Below, piece after piece: positions 1 through 12,798 of a stretch of DNA of 64,000 nucleotides. A program made the position numbers and the translations under genes. The notes under the pieces are model-generated. The model was not told the DNA's origin. It did no database searches and saw nothing but the letters and a program-made list of their open reading frames with translations. The DNA is from Octopus sinensis (Eukaryota). Location: contig NC_042999.1 in NCBI RefSeq assembly GCF_006345805.1, forward strand, positions 77,686,001 through 77,750,000, given 5' to 3'. How positions within the stretch are numbered: the stretch's first letter is position 1; each line of letters opens with the position of its first letter.

Positions 1-75
1 TGAAAAAGTAACAACTGAGAAAATGAAAAAGTGAAAAGATGAGACAGTGTGAAAGGGTGAGATTTTAATAGATTA

Positions 76-213
76 CATTCGTTAGCGCTTTCGAATCAAG
101 GATCCTTCATCAGACGTGTGTGTATGTGTGTGTGCACGCGCGTGTGCTTGTGAGTGTATATTTGTGAAATAATGTCTGATGAAAGATCCTTGATCCGAAA
201 ACGCTAACGAATG
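76..213. ncRNA. Divergent inverted pair of minimal type I hammerhead ribozyme motifs (Penelope-like pLTR remnant)
   Basis: 40-bp inverted arms 76-115 and 174-213 (3 mismatches) around a (TG)n spacer. The minus copy reads cgt-CTGATGA-a-ggatc-ctt-gattc-GAAA-gcgc-TA-acg. The plus copy has the same layout with two helix mutations. Confidence 0.7.
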
Positions 214-268
214 CAAACTTAAACTTAACCGGATAACTAGCAACAACGCTATACACAGATCACACGCC

Positions 269-375
<107 letters not shown>

Positions 376-846
376 GTGTCTGTCTGTCTATCTGTCTGTC
401 TTAAACCGTTAGACTTCAAAACTTTAAAACTTTAAAACCATAAACTCTAAGACTTTCAAATTCTATAACTTCAAGTTTTTTAATATTTAAGTAAAAATTA
501 GTTTACGAGATTCTCTGGGAATTTTTTGAATTTTTGAACTTTTTTGATATTTTCTGCTTTATCAACAAAATTTCTTCTTCGAGGGTTGTTTGAAGTTTAT
601 GTAATCTATTGAAATCTCCCCCTTTATTTTTTTCATTTTCATTTTCTCAGTTGATACTTTTTCCTTTCCTCTTGTCTTGATCATAAGTGCTTTTGACTTC
701 TATTAATTCTCTTAACTTAGCTTGGGGTCCCCTGTTTTATTCAAATACCACACTTCACTCTCCTCTTTCACCTTACTAACCTCTCCTATTAACGGCGTTA
801 TCCTGTTGTCTCTCTGTACGATGATATTTATATATATATATATATA

Positions 847-1758
847 CAGGGTGTTTCAAAAAATTTGATATCATTTGAGATGTAAATATCACAGAAACTA
901 CATAGTCAAAGCAAATGAAACTAAACAGGCATGTTGATGTTACTCTAAATTTGAATGAGAAATTCAAAGGTATGTGAATTCCATAAACAATTTCACAAAA
1001 ACGGGCCATGACGATGCTTCTTGGAGATGGCGCAGAAGACATTCACTTTTGGTGAGTCTCTCTCATGCTCAACTGTGGCATGGGGATTTTCTTTGCGCCA
1101 AATGCGAACATTATGCTTATTGACTTTGCCATTCGTATGAAATGTGGCCTCATCACTGAAAACAAGACGTTTACTGAAGTCGGTTTCTTCAAGTTCCTCT
1201 CGCATATCAACACAGAATTGTTTGCGCTTTCGCTTGTCATCTGCCGTTATGGCCTGAATGAGCTGCAGCTAGTAGGGTCTCATTAGCAGGCGTTTCCTCA
1301 GGACGCGCCAAATTGTCGTTGGAAGAATCATGATTTCCAGACTTGTTCTTTTTATGGACTTCTTGGAGTTTCGCAAGAGTTTTTGGCCAACTCACTCGAC
1401 CGTCTCTTCCGATGTTAGTGATTGTCCAGATCCTTTTTCTCTGCACAGACAGCCTTCCCCTTTGAATTGTTTGTGCCACGTCCAAATCTGCATTGCCGTT
1501 GATGACTCTTTAGAGAACTCTCTTATAAATGACTGCTGCACAGTCTTGTTCGACTGTGTTCGGGCATCCTCCAGCACACAACATATATTTTCTCTTCCAG
1601 TGAATGCCATTTCTATATCTGCAAAGGTAAACATATCAAACATTAAACATAAAATTTTCACCTGTTTCTACACATACTGTTAAAATTTGAAGTCATTTGA
1701 AGAAGAACTGGCCAAGTTATTAGATTGCGAAATGATATCAAAATTTTAAAACACTCTC

Positions 1759-1760
<2 letters not shown>
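847..1760 (-). mobile_element. Internally deleted Tc1/mariner transposon, rosa/DD41D-like
   Basis: ~30-bp imperfect TIRs (cagggtgtttcaaaaaatttgatatcattt / aaatgatatcaaaattttaaaacactctctg) next to TA runs. Minus-strand fragments encode an N-terminal HTH (VQQSF..IWTWHKQFKGEGCLC) and FSDEATFHTNGKVNKHNVRIWRKENPH. The C-terminal catalytic part is missing. Confidence 0.8.
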
Positions 1761-1764
<4 letters not shown>

Positions 1765-1848
<84 letters not shown>

Positions 1849-1921
1849 CTGAGCGCCTAATAATAATAATACTGTAATTGTTCCACGTGTTGTTGTTTTT
1901 TCTGTTTTCCCGTTTGGATTA

Positions 1922-1977
<56 letters not shown>
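1765..1977. repeat. Two (TA)n arrays flanking an ~80-bp spacer
   Basis: Direct inspection. Confidence 0.9.
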
Positions 1978-1984
<7 letters not shown>

Positions 1985-2075
1985 TCTAGTGAATCAGCAG
2001 AGTAGTGTGTGTGTATGTGTGTGTCTGTGTGTATGACGATCTCATTTCATTTGACCGTAAATATTTGTTTTTCAG

Positions 2076-5000
2076 TGATTATTGGCAATGAAGTATCTAC
2101 TGAACTTGATGGGACAAGCGAGGATGTGGAACCAGAAGAAGAATTTCCTTCCAAAATACCCCTAAAATGGTTTAAACGAAAGAAGAGGTCTGTTGACGGA
2201 ACACTTATTTTGCAAAATTCAACATATGCAGCTGTCAATAGCTCAGTTCTTCAAACCGTCACTCCAGCTGGTAACGAGCTAAGTTCTATAGGAACAACTG
2301 AAGATGTTACTGTAGACCACGAGGAGAATTATCAGAGCATTTCGTTGGATTTAGCTACAAGGGAACTCAATGTGACGCTCAACATTAACTCTGTGAATAA
2401 CTATGAGATTACTTCACTGTCTTTCGATTCAAGTAGTATCGATTTAGAAGTGAACGCATCGATCAATCAGGGAATGAACTCCACAGCATCAACGCATCGA
2501 GAATCTATTAAGCTTCGCACTACAAGTACAACGCCAACATTGGAGGAGAGTAGCATTTCTTCTAAATTTTCTTACGGTTTAAGCCCACTAACTACACCTC
2601 AGAGTAAATCAGAGAGCAGTAGTAGCGAAACATTTCTTACAGAATCGAGTGCTTACAAAAACATTTCAGCTCCTGATATTTATTCAAGTGAACATTCAAC
2701 AGTATATTCCTCTAAACGATCAAACTCAAGCAATATTGAAGATGAATTTATAGATGCTACTAGCACAAAATCAAGTCGTTTTACAGCAGATGCAACCGTA
2801 AGTATGGGAAACGGTCATAAAATTCATAGTAGCACTGGGTTCAGCGATAGTGTTACGACAGATATAGCATTAGATACAAGAAACGACGTTGTAAATTCTA
2901 CAGTCAATGACCTCGAAAGCGTTTCACTAACAAAACCAACGAGTTCCCCACAAACTGCTTCTGTGTCCACTATTGCTCAAGATTCTCCAACATTACAAAC
3001 GAACGATGAAGTTGCCATATCCCCTCATTATGAAACGAATGAAAATAGTCTAAAAACCATAACTTATTCTTCAACAGTCATTGGGACCTCAGTCGATAAT
3101 GGCTCAAATAATATAACTTCTACCTTTCCAAATATCCCCACAACAAACACTTACACAGCAAGTTTTACTGAGAATAACAACCCCTTGACAACAACATCAG
3201 TTAGCGATATTGCAAGTAACATAAATAAAAAGACAGCTTCGATAGGTACTCCATCAGAATTTTACACTTCAACGAAACTCTCAACTGATGGGGAACTTAC
3301 TAACGAATCAGTGTTTAAATCTGACGAACCACATGATTGGACGGTGTCAAGTTCAACTGAAACAGCTAATACACAAGCAGAATTTACTCCAATATTTCCT
3401 CAAAATACTAATCCAACAAATATATTGGTCTCTGTTTCGGCGAATCATATAAACGTTGCTACTTCCCCTACTATATCGAAAGCAAGTGTCACTCCTCTCG
3501 AGTTAGAAACAACAACAGTCCACTTGCCAGATAAAAGTACTACAAGCTCTTTACAAACAGAATCTAATGATAATACCATTACTCTGACATCGCAATTCAC
3601 TCCCAACAGCTTAACTGAGAGCAAATTGACTGAGTCACCCACTGAGATCATTATTTCTGATAAAACAAGTGAAACCCCAATCTACAGCTCAGAAATTGGA
3701 TCAACGTCAATGGAATATATACTTATGACTGACGATAACATCCTTATAAAAACTGATGATTCGAACGATATATTAACCAGAGATTCAATGTGGCTAACAT
3801 CAACAAATTTAAATGGCGATTCATCAACAACTGGTGTCTCACTTCACAAAGATATTGGATTTCAATCAGCTCAAACACTAGAAACAACGAAAGAATTAAC
3901 ATATGACAAAAGCACTGTACAAACTACACCAGCATACAAGACTGAAATAGACTTAACAGCTACTACCTCTCCAGATTTGGGTCTAAAATATCCCAACACA
4001 GCAAAAACAGAAACTGAATCGGCGACTGTTTTAGAAACAGCAACAATAAAATTAATTGGGAACTCGACATTTTCGCTGTCTGATATGGAAACGACGGATC
4101 AAGTTGAGACAACACACATAGCTTTAGAAAATGCTCTTGAAATGAAGACAAATACTTATTCTGTTTTAGAAGTGTCTACAAACCAACATCAATATGTCAG
4201 TCCTAATGGTACCACCCCAACTGAAGGAGATAATTCTACAAAAACAACAAATTTGGATCAACGTTCACATTCAGTTGAAGTTACATCGATGCATGAACAT
4301 TCTTCCCAACAACACAATGCATTCAGCAGTGCAGAAACTAGTCATACATTGACTACATCAACTCAACTGGCAATTGTTACGACAGAAAATCAGGCATTGT
4401 ATACTACGACACCGGTGAATAATGTTTCGTTTCAAACAGACCTGCAAGCCTCAGCTGAAATAACACTAGAAAAGGAAAATACAACTGAGATAATAACAGC
4501 AGAAAAAGCAGCAACAGCAACAACAGCAGCAATAGTAACAAAAGCAACAACAGCAGAAGCAACAACTGAAACAACAGTAGAAGTTACACCAATAGGAAAA
4601 ACATCAGCGGTAGTAGAAACTGAAGTAACAACGATGGGAACAACAATTGCGGAAACAGAAGTAACGACATTGGATTCAACAACAGTAGTAACATCAGACA
4701 CAAAAGTAGTAAAAGAGGCAACTACAGCAGTACCGACCAATATCACGACGACGACAACTGCCACCACTACTACCACAATAACAGAGCCATTAGAAAGGGC
4801 AAGTGACATAGTGGAGACACCAGCACAAACAGCAATAACGGCAACTGAATCCTCAATAGCAACAATGACGGCAGAATCAATTGAAACAGCAACTGCAGCA
4901 ACAAGAACAACGGAACTTCCAACAGCAGCAGTAGCAACTACGATAAATACAGCAGCAATAGAACTAGTAAATGCAACAGAAGAAGCATCTGCAACAGCAT

Positions 5001-8000
5001 CAACAACGTCAGTACTAACAGATGTATTATCAACAGTAAGAACAATGATTACAGAGCCATTAGGTGAAACAACAACAGAACAATCAACACCACTACCCCA
5101 ATCACCGAAACTAACAACTACAACAGCAACAACAACAGGACTTGTAGAAACATCGCCACTAACCACAGCGAAAACAACTACAGCAAAAGCAACTTTATTG
5201 GCAACACATCTATTAAAATCAGCAGCAACAACAGCAGAGCTACGGTCACCGCCACAGCCAAATTATAACACAACAGCAATACCAACAGAACTCACAAGTG
5301 CAACAAGAATGGAACCAACAATGCCAGATGCAACAACAGCAGCAGAATCGCGACCAAAAACATTAGTAACAGTAGCGGATACACAAGTAACAACAACAAT
5401 GTTAGAAACAAAAGTAGATTCAGATCCACAACCACAATCTGCAACAACAACAACAAAATTAGCAATAGCTGGGGATCTACAAACAACAGCAACAACATTA
5501 GCAGTAGCAGCAACGACATTATTAGGGATAGCAACAGATGCTCAAACAACAGCAAAAACAACCTTAGCAATAGCAGCATCAACGATATTAGCAGCAGCAG
5601 CAGCAGCAGAAAATACGCAGCCCACAGAAACAACACTAGCAACAACAGCCGAGTTACAGTCAACAGCAGCCGAGCCGCAATCAACAGCAGCCGAGCCGCA
5701 ATCAACAGCAGCTGATCCACAATCAATAGCAGCCGAGTCAAAATCAACAACAGCCGAGCCACAGTCAACAACAACCGAGCCACCATCAACTGTAGCCGAG
5801 CCGCAATCAATAACAGCTGGGCCACAATCAACAACAGCCGAGCCACAGTCAACAACAACCGAGCCACCATCAACTGTAGCCGAGCCGCAATCAATAACAG
5901 CTGGGCCACAATCAACAACAGCCGAGCCACAATCAACAGCTGCCGAGTCACAATCAACAGCTGCCGAGCGACAGTCAACAACAGCCGAGCCACAATCAAC
6001 AACAGCCGAGTTACAAACAACAACATCCGAGCCACTATCGACAACAACCGAGTCACAGTCAACAACAGCCAAGCCACAATCAACAACAACCGAGTCACAG
6101 TCAACGACAGCCGAGTCACAATCAACAGCAACCGAGCCGCAATCAATAACAGCCGAGCCACTATCAACAACAACCGAGTCACAGTCAACAACAGCCGAGT
6201 CACAATCAACAACAGCCGAGTCACAGTCAACGACAGCCGAACCACAATCAACAGCAGCCGAGTCACAATCAACAACAGCCGAGCCACAAGCAACAACAGC
6301 CGAGTCACAATCAACAACAGCCGAGCCACAGTCAACAACAGCCGAGACACAGTCAACAACATCCGAGCCACAGTCAACAACAGACGAGTCACAATCAACA
6401 ACAGCCGAGTCACAGTCAACAACAGCCGAGTCACAGTCAACAACAGCCGAACCACAGTCAACGACAGCCGAGCCACCATCAACAGCAGCCGAGCCGCTTT
6501 CAACAACAGCCCAGCCACAAACAACAACAGCCGACCCACAGTCAACAACAACCGAGTCACAGTCAACAACAGCCGAGTCACAATCAACAACAGCTGATCC
6601 ACAGTCAACAACAGCCGAGTCACAGTCAACAACAACCGAGCCACAGTCAACAACACCCGAGTCACAATCAACAACAGCCGAGCCACCATCAACAGCAGCC
6701 GAGCCGCTTTCAACAACAACCGAACCACAATCAACAACAGCCGAACCACAATCAACAGCAGCCGAGCCGCTTTCAACAACAGCCGAGCCGCAAACAACAA
6801 CAGCCGAGTCAGAGTCAACAACAACCGAGCCACAGTCAACAACACCCGAGTCACAATCAACAATAGCCGAGCCACCATCAACAGCAGCCGAGCCGCTTTC
6901 AACAACAACCGAACCACAATCAACAACAGCCGAACCACAATCAACAGCAGCCGAGCCGCTTTCAACAACAGCCGAGCCGCAAACAACAACGGCCGATCCA
7001 CAGTCAACTGCAGCCGAGTCACAGTCAATAACAACCGAACCACAATCAACAACAGCCGAGCTGCAGTCAACAACAGCCGATGCGCAATCAACAACAGCCG
7101 AACCACAGTCAACAACAGCCGAGTCACAATCAACAACAACCGAGCCACAGTCAACAACAACCGAGCCACAGTCAACAACAGCCGAACCACAGTCAACGAC
7201 AGTCGAGTCACAATCAACAACAGCCGAGTCACAATCAACAACAGCCGAGCCACAATCAACAACAGCCGAGCCACAAGCAACAACAGCCGAACCACAGTCA
7301 ACAACAGCCGAACCACCATCAACAGCAGCCGAGCCGCTTTCAACAACAACCGAACCACAATCAACAACAGCCGAACCACAATCAACAGCAGCCGAGCCGC
7401 TTTCAACAACAGCCGAGCCGCAAACAACAACGGCCGATCCACAGTCAACTGCAGCCGAGTCACAGTCAATAACAACCGAACCACAATCAACAACAGCCGA
7501 GATGCAGTCAACAACAGCCGATGCGCAATCAACAACAGCCGAACCACAGTCAACAACAGCCGAATCACAATCAACAACAACCGAGCCACAGTCAACAACA
7601 ACCGAGCCACAGTCAACAACAGCCGAACCACAGTCAACGACAGTCGAGTCACAATCAACAACAGCCGAGTCACAATCAACAACAGCCGAGCCACAAGCAA
7701 CAACAGCCGAACCACAGTCAACAACAGCCGAACCACAGTCAACAACAGCCGAGTCACAATCAACAACAGCCGAGCCACAGTCAACGACAGCCGAACCACC
7801 ATCAACAGCAGCCGAGCCGCTTTCAACAACACCCGACCCACAAACAACAACAGCCGAGCCACAGTCAACAACAACCGAGTCACAGTCAACAACAGCCGAG
7901 CCGCTTTCAACAACAGCCGAGCCACAAACAACAACAGCCGAGCCACAGTCAACAACAACCGAGTCAGAGTCAACGACAGCCGAGCCACCATCAACAGCAG

Positions 8001-10774
8001 CCGAGCCGCTTTCAACAACAGCCGAGTCAGAGTCAACAACAACCGAACCACAAACAACAACAGCCGAACCACAATCAACAACAGCCGATGCGCAATCAAC
8101 AACAACCGATCCACAGTCAACAACAGCCGAGTCACAATCAATAACAGCTGACTCACAACCAACAACAGCCGATCCACAGTCAACAACAGCCGAGCCACAG
8201 TCAGCAACAGCCGAGTCACAATCAACAACAGCCGAACCACAAGCAACAACAGCCGATCCACAGTCAACAGCAGCCGAGTCACAATCAATAACAGCCGATC
8301 CGCAGTCAACAACAGCCGAGTCACAATCAACAACAGCCGAGTCACAATCAATAACAGCCGATCCACAAGCAACAACAGCCGAGCCACAGTCAACAACAGC
8401 CGAGCCACAAGCAACAACAGCCGAGCCACAGTCAACAACTGCCGAGTCACAATCAATAACAGCCGATCCACAGTCAACAACAGCCGTGCCACAATCAACA
8501 ACACCCAAGCCACATTCATCAACAGCCGAGCGACAGCCAACAACAGCCGAACCACAGTCAACAACAGCCGAGTCACAATCAATAACAGCCGAGTCACAGT
8601 CCACGACAGCCGAACCACAAACAACAACAGCCGAACCACAATCAAGAACAGCCGAGCCACAAACAACAGCAGCCGAGTCACAGTCAACAGCAGGCGAGTC
8701 ACAATCAACAACAGCCGAGTCACAAACAACAACAGCCAAGCCACAAACAACAACAGCCGAACCACAATCAACAACAGCTGAGTCACAATCAACAACAGCC
8801 GAGTCACACTCAACAACAGCCGAATCACAGTCACCAACAGCCGAGTCACAAACAACAACAGCCAAGCCACAATCAACAACAGCCGAACCACAGTCAACAA
8901 CAGCTGGACCACAATCAACAACAGCCGAGCCATTATCAGCAACAGCTGAAGAACAATTAACAACAACCCTAATAACATTAGCAACGGAAGCGGATTCACA
9001 ACTACCACTGACTACTACACTACCAACAAATACACCATCAACACCAGTGATAACAATATCAACTTTAAAAACATTAACAACAGCAGCGGATCCAGAATTA
9101 ACAATAACAACATTAGCAACAACGCTGGATTCGCAATCACCATCATCAACAGTATTTTCAACAGCAGCGGACCAACAACAACCAACAATAACAGCATTGG
9201 TGACAGTTACAAATTTGCATTCAACGACAACGGAAACTACAAACATAGATACGCAATCAGTAACATCAGAGGATCCATTACTAGCAACAACATTAGCAAT
9301 AGCAGAAGAATCACAATCGAAAACAACATCGGAAGTAACTACTACAATAGCAACAGAAACTATGACTACATCTGTTTCAGAAATAGCGGGAACAGAATCA
9401 ACTATAGCAACACTAACACCTACAATCGAAGAGGAAATAGCAATAGATACAACCAACACATCACCAGCAGAAACATCATCAGTAGTAAGTAGAGTTACGA
9501 CATTAATAGCAGCAACTGATACAACCACTGAAGCAACTACTGTAGCAATAGCAACAACAACACAAGGAAATACCTCGGTAAGAGAAATTACAGTAAGTGA
9601 ACTTCCACCAGTAACAACATTAGCAACAACGGACCCACAATCAACAACGGTAGACGAATCTCCACCAGTAACAACATTAGCAACAACGGACCCACAATCA
9701 ACAACGGTAGACGAATCTCCACCAGTAACAACATTAGCAACAACGGACCCACAATCAACAACGGTAGACGAATCTCCACCAGTAACAACATTAGCAACAA
9801 CGGACCCACAATCAACAACGGTAGACGAATCTCCACCAGTAACAACATTAGCAATAACAAACCCACAATCATCGACACCTTTTGCAACGGAATCATCCCT
9901 AACATCAATAATAAGAACAAGAGGGGTAACAACCCTAACTGAATCACCAACGTCATCCTCTGCCGTCACCGCTTCTCTCTCCTCCTTATCAACATCACAA
10001 ACAGAAGAAAGCACCACAATAGCAGTTGTAACAGAAGCAAGTACTGGAGCTGATATAGCAACACAAGCAACCACCACATCAATAGGAGTAAATGACACAC
10101 TCACCACAGCAACAACTGCAACTGAAGCGACAGTTATAACAACAGAGACAACCTTTACAGCAATAGAATCAACAGAATCAGCTACCACGGAAGCAGCAGA
10201 AACAGCAGATGTAATTTCAACCACAACAGTAACGCCAGAAGAGACTACTGCAACCACAACAAGCACATCAAATACAAACGACAGTACCAATGATATAACA
10301 CAGATAATTACCAGTGGTACGACATTGACCAGTGTTGGTGATATGACAGAGCCAGATGTCAGTAGTGGGACACATGTACAATTTAATAGTACTAGTGGAA
10401 CAAACGCCATGGATTTGACAGAGGGAAGCTTCGAGAGTACGACACCACTACATCTAAATGGTGTGTCTGGAATTAACACCGATAGCACGACGCAGAACAT
10501 TGACCATGATAACACAAAAACAATCCTCAACGATGACAGCACGACAGTGACCAAGATGCTTAGTTCAATACAAAGCAATACTGTCGATAGTATAACGCAA
10601 ACAAATAAGGTGACTATATTAACGACAGCACACTCTATAATTCATCAGAAAAGCGTAGAACGTCGACAGCTGAACGGTGTGGTGCACATAGCAGAGGGAC
10701 TGGAATGGCAACCTGAGTTAGAAGATGAACATTCTGAAGAATTTAAACAGACATCGAAAATCGTGTTGGATATG
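2076..10774 (+). CDS. Mucin-like SEA/EGF protein, exon A (8,699 nt): furin site, giant PTS domain, first third of SEA1
   Basis: Acceptor tttgtttttcag|2076 (phase 1) and donor ATG|gtaagt at 10775 (phase 0). Lies within the 2954-aa ORF, which is Thr/Ser/Pro/Ala-rich. Ends QLNGVVHIAEGLEWQPELEDEHSEEFKQTSKIVLDM, a typical SEA N-terminal strand and helix. Confidence 0.93.
5648..8944 (+). repeat. Coding tandem array of 157 x 21-bp units (consensus A-E-P/S-Q-S-T-T)
   Basis: 3,297 bp = 157 x 21; register is kept from gcc gag tta (5648) to gcc gag cca tta tca gca aca (8924-8944). Confidence 0.95.
9605..9872 (+). repeat. Coding tandem array of 4 identical 57-bp units plus a partial fifth (PPVTTLATTDPQSTTVDES)
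   Basis: ccaccagta recurs at 9605, 9662, 9719, 9776 and 9833. Confidence 0.95.
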
Positions 10775-11448
10775 GTAAGTGTCAGCTGTACATTTTTAAA
10801 ATTCGATCCTCTACGACTAGGCAGTATTAAGAATTCCAGTATTTCCGTGGGTTGTAAGAGAATGAAAAACTGAGGTTTATCTTGTAGTTGCTGTTTGGTT
10901 TTAAATTAGCTCTTTTAGCAAACTCATGACCAAAAATAAGCCAGATGTGACCATCCTTCTTTTCTTTTAAACAGTATTATCAAAGATCACATCCAATGTT
11001 CCATTATTGAAAGAGGGTAGGATGTAATCTTAGTGAGATTTAGCTGCCATTTCTTGTAGACTGAGCAGCCATGTACAACAGGGGTAGGGAACCCTCCGCC
11101 TATTTTATTGCGCTCGCAGGCTGGTATACACGTATGTTCAAAATATAGTAAATTTTTCAATTATAAAATTTATACAATATTCGTATGCCTATTTGCGACA
11201 TAGATCGCGTTTCCACTACGGCTTAAAACGGTTAGGCTCAAACAGAAAATTGTCCGGTAATTAGCATTTGAATGGAAATTTTGTTTTCACTATAAAACAC
11301 ATATTGCTAGGTTTGTACCACCCCATTGAGACCCAACTACACTCTAGCTGAAAAATATAGAAATCCTAAATTCAGTAGCAGTGTTACTGAAGATGTTAAG
11401 CGTTGATTTAATGTCTTAAACTTATTTTTATTAATGTATATCGAATTA

Positions 11449-12454
11449 TATTAGGCTGAGTAAAAAGTAAGCAACGTTTTGAAACATGAAATTCATCACA
11501 ATATATTTCAACAATGCGGACATTTTATTCATCAAAGTAAGTCTCATTATCTCATTACAATCAACACATTCTTGCCAACGAGCTACAAGTCTATTCCGGT
11601 AACAGAAAAATCTGGATTTCTGGAGCTGACGAACTCTTTAGATGCACTTTCAGCATCGGTTTGATTTTTGAGCTCCTTCTATCGCAGGAAACCATCGAGA
11701 TGCTTGAAAAAGTGGTAGTCGGTAGGAGAAAGGTCTGGGGAATAAGCTGGGAGGGGAACAACTTCGTAGCCAAGTTCCCTCAACTTCTGGATTGTTATTA
11801 GTGAAACGTCTAGGACGGAGGAGTTGCAGTTTTTCGTTCATTTTGGCAATTTCATGGCAATATGTTTCTGCAGTAACTGTTTTTCCAGGTTTTAAGAAGT
11901 TATAGTGGATGAATCCAGCAGTACACCATTAAGCAGTCACCATAACCTTGTTTCTGAAAAGCTCGGGTTTAGGAAAGGTTTTCGGTGCTTCATTTTGGTC
12001 CAGCCACTGCGAAGAACATTTTTAAAAATTATTGTGCAGAATCCACTTTTCATCGCAAGTTACAATACGGTCGAGAAATGTATCGGTCTGGTTACGGAGA
12101 AGAAGCGACGAGCAAGTATCATATCTGCACTTTTTTCTGATTTTCATTCAAATCGTGTGGTACCCATTTGTCGAGCTTTTTTGATTTTCCGATCGCATGC
12201 AAATGGTTGCAGTCAGTTTTCTGGTTAACATGAATTTCTTTTGCCAGTTCTCGAGTGGTTTTAACTGACCGTCATCGATGACAGATGGGCGCCCACTACG
12301 CTCACGATCTTCAAGGCTCAGGTCTCTACTGCGAAATTGTTTAAACCATTTTCGAGTTGACCACACACCAAACGTTTCTTTGATATCGCGAGCAGTTTCA
12401 GCTGCTTTCCGTCTTTTTTTTTTTTTTTGAAGTTGAATAAGAGCAGACCTTGAG

Positions 12455-12519
<65 letters not shown>

Positions 12520-12554
12520 CACGAACAGTGACGAAAGAACTTTGACTAACAAAT
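11449..12554 (-). mobile_element. Decayed mariner (DD34D-type) transposon
   Basis: Minus-strand remnants: KAAETARDIKETFG..RKWFKQFRSRDLSLEDRERSGRP, PKTFPKPELFRNKVMV, and PAYSPDLSPTDYHFFKHLDGFL (YSPDL motif). Frameshifted, with a (GA)n insertion at 12457-12516. Confidence 0.85.
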
Positions 12555-12798
12555 GACCGATTGATTTTTAACCAGTACATTAAACAAAAGATTGATTTGT
12601 CAGTTGGTTAGATATTTAACAACTTGACAAACAATAAAAACATGGAATTCAACCAGGGCGTGTGTTATTAGTATTGGCGTAATGACCTTTCCTAGACAAG
12701 CTATATATATATATGTGTGTGTGTATTATTTATAAACAGTTTCAAATCAAATAACTAAGTATACACACACACACACACCACACACACACACACACATG

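Noticed and set aside
2009-2075. ORF-track start MCMCVSV.. for the 2954-aa ORF, and its read-through to 10873
   Set aside because: The start lies in a (TG)n tract upstream of a strong acceptor at 2075, and the tail lies past a GTAAGT donor at 10775. Both are intronic.
5292-10578. Very long antisense ORFs (1238 aa and 1678 aa) and Gln-rich alternative-frame ORFs
   Set aside because: Shadows of the stop-poor 21-bp and 57-bp mucin repeats. They have no splice or start context and no domains.
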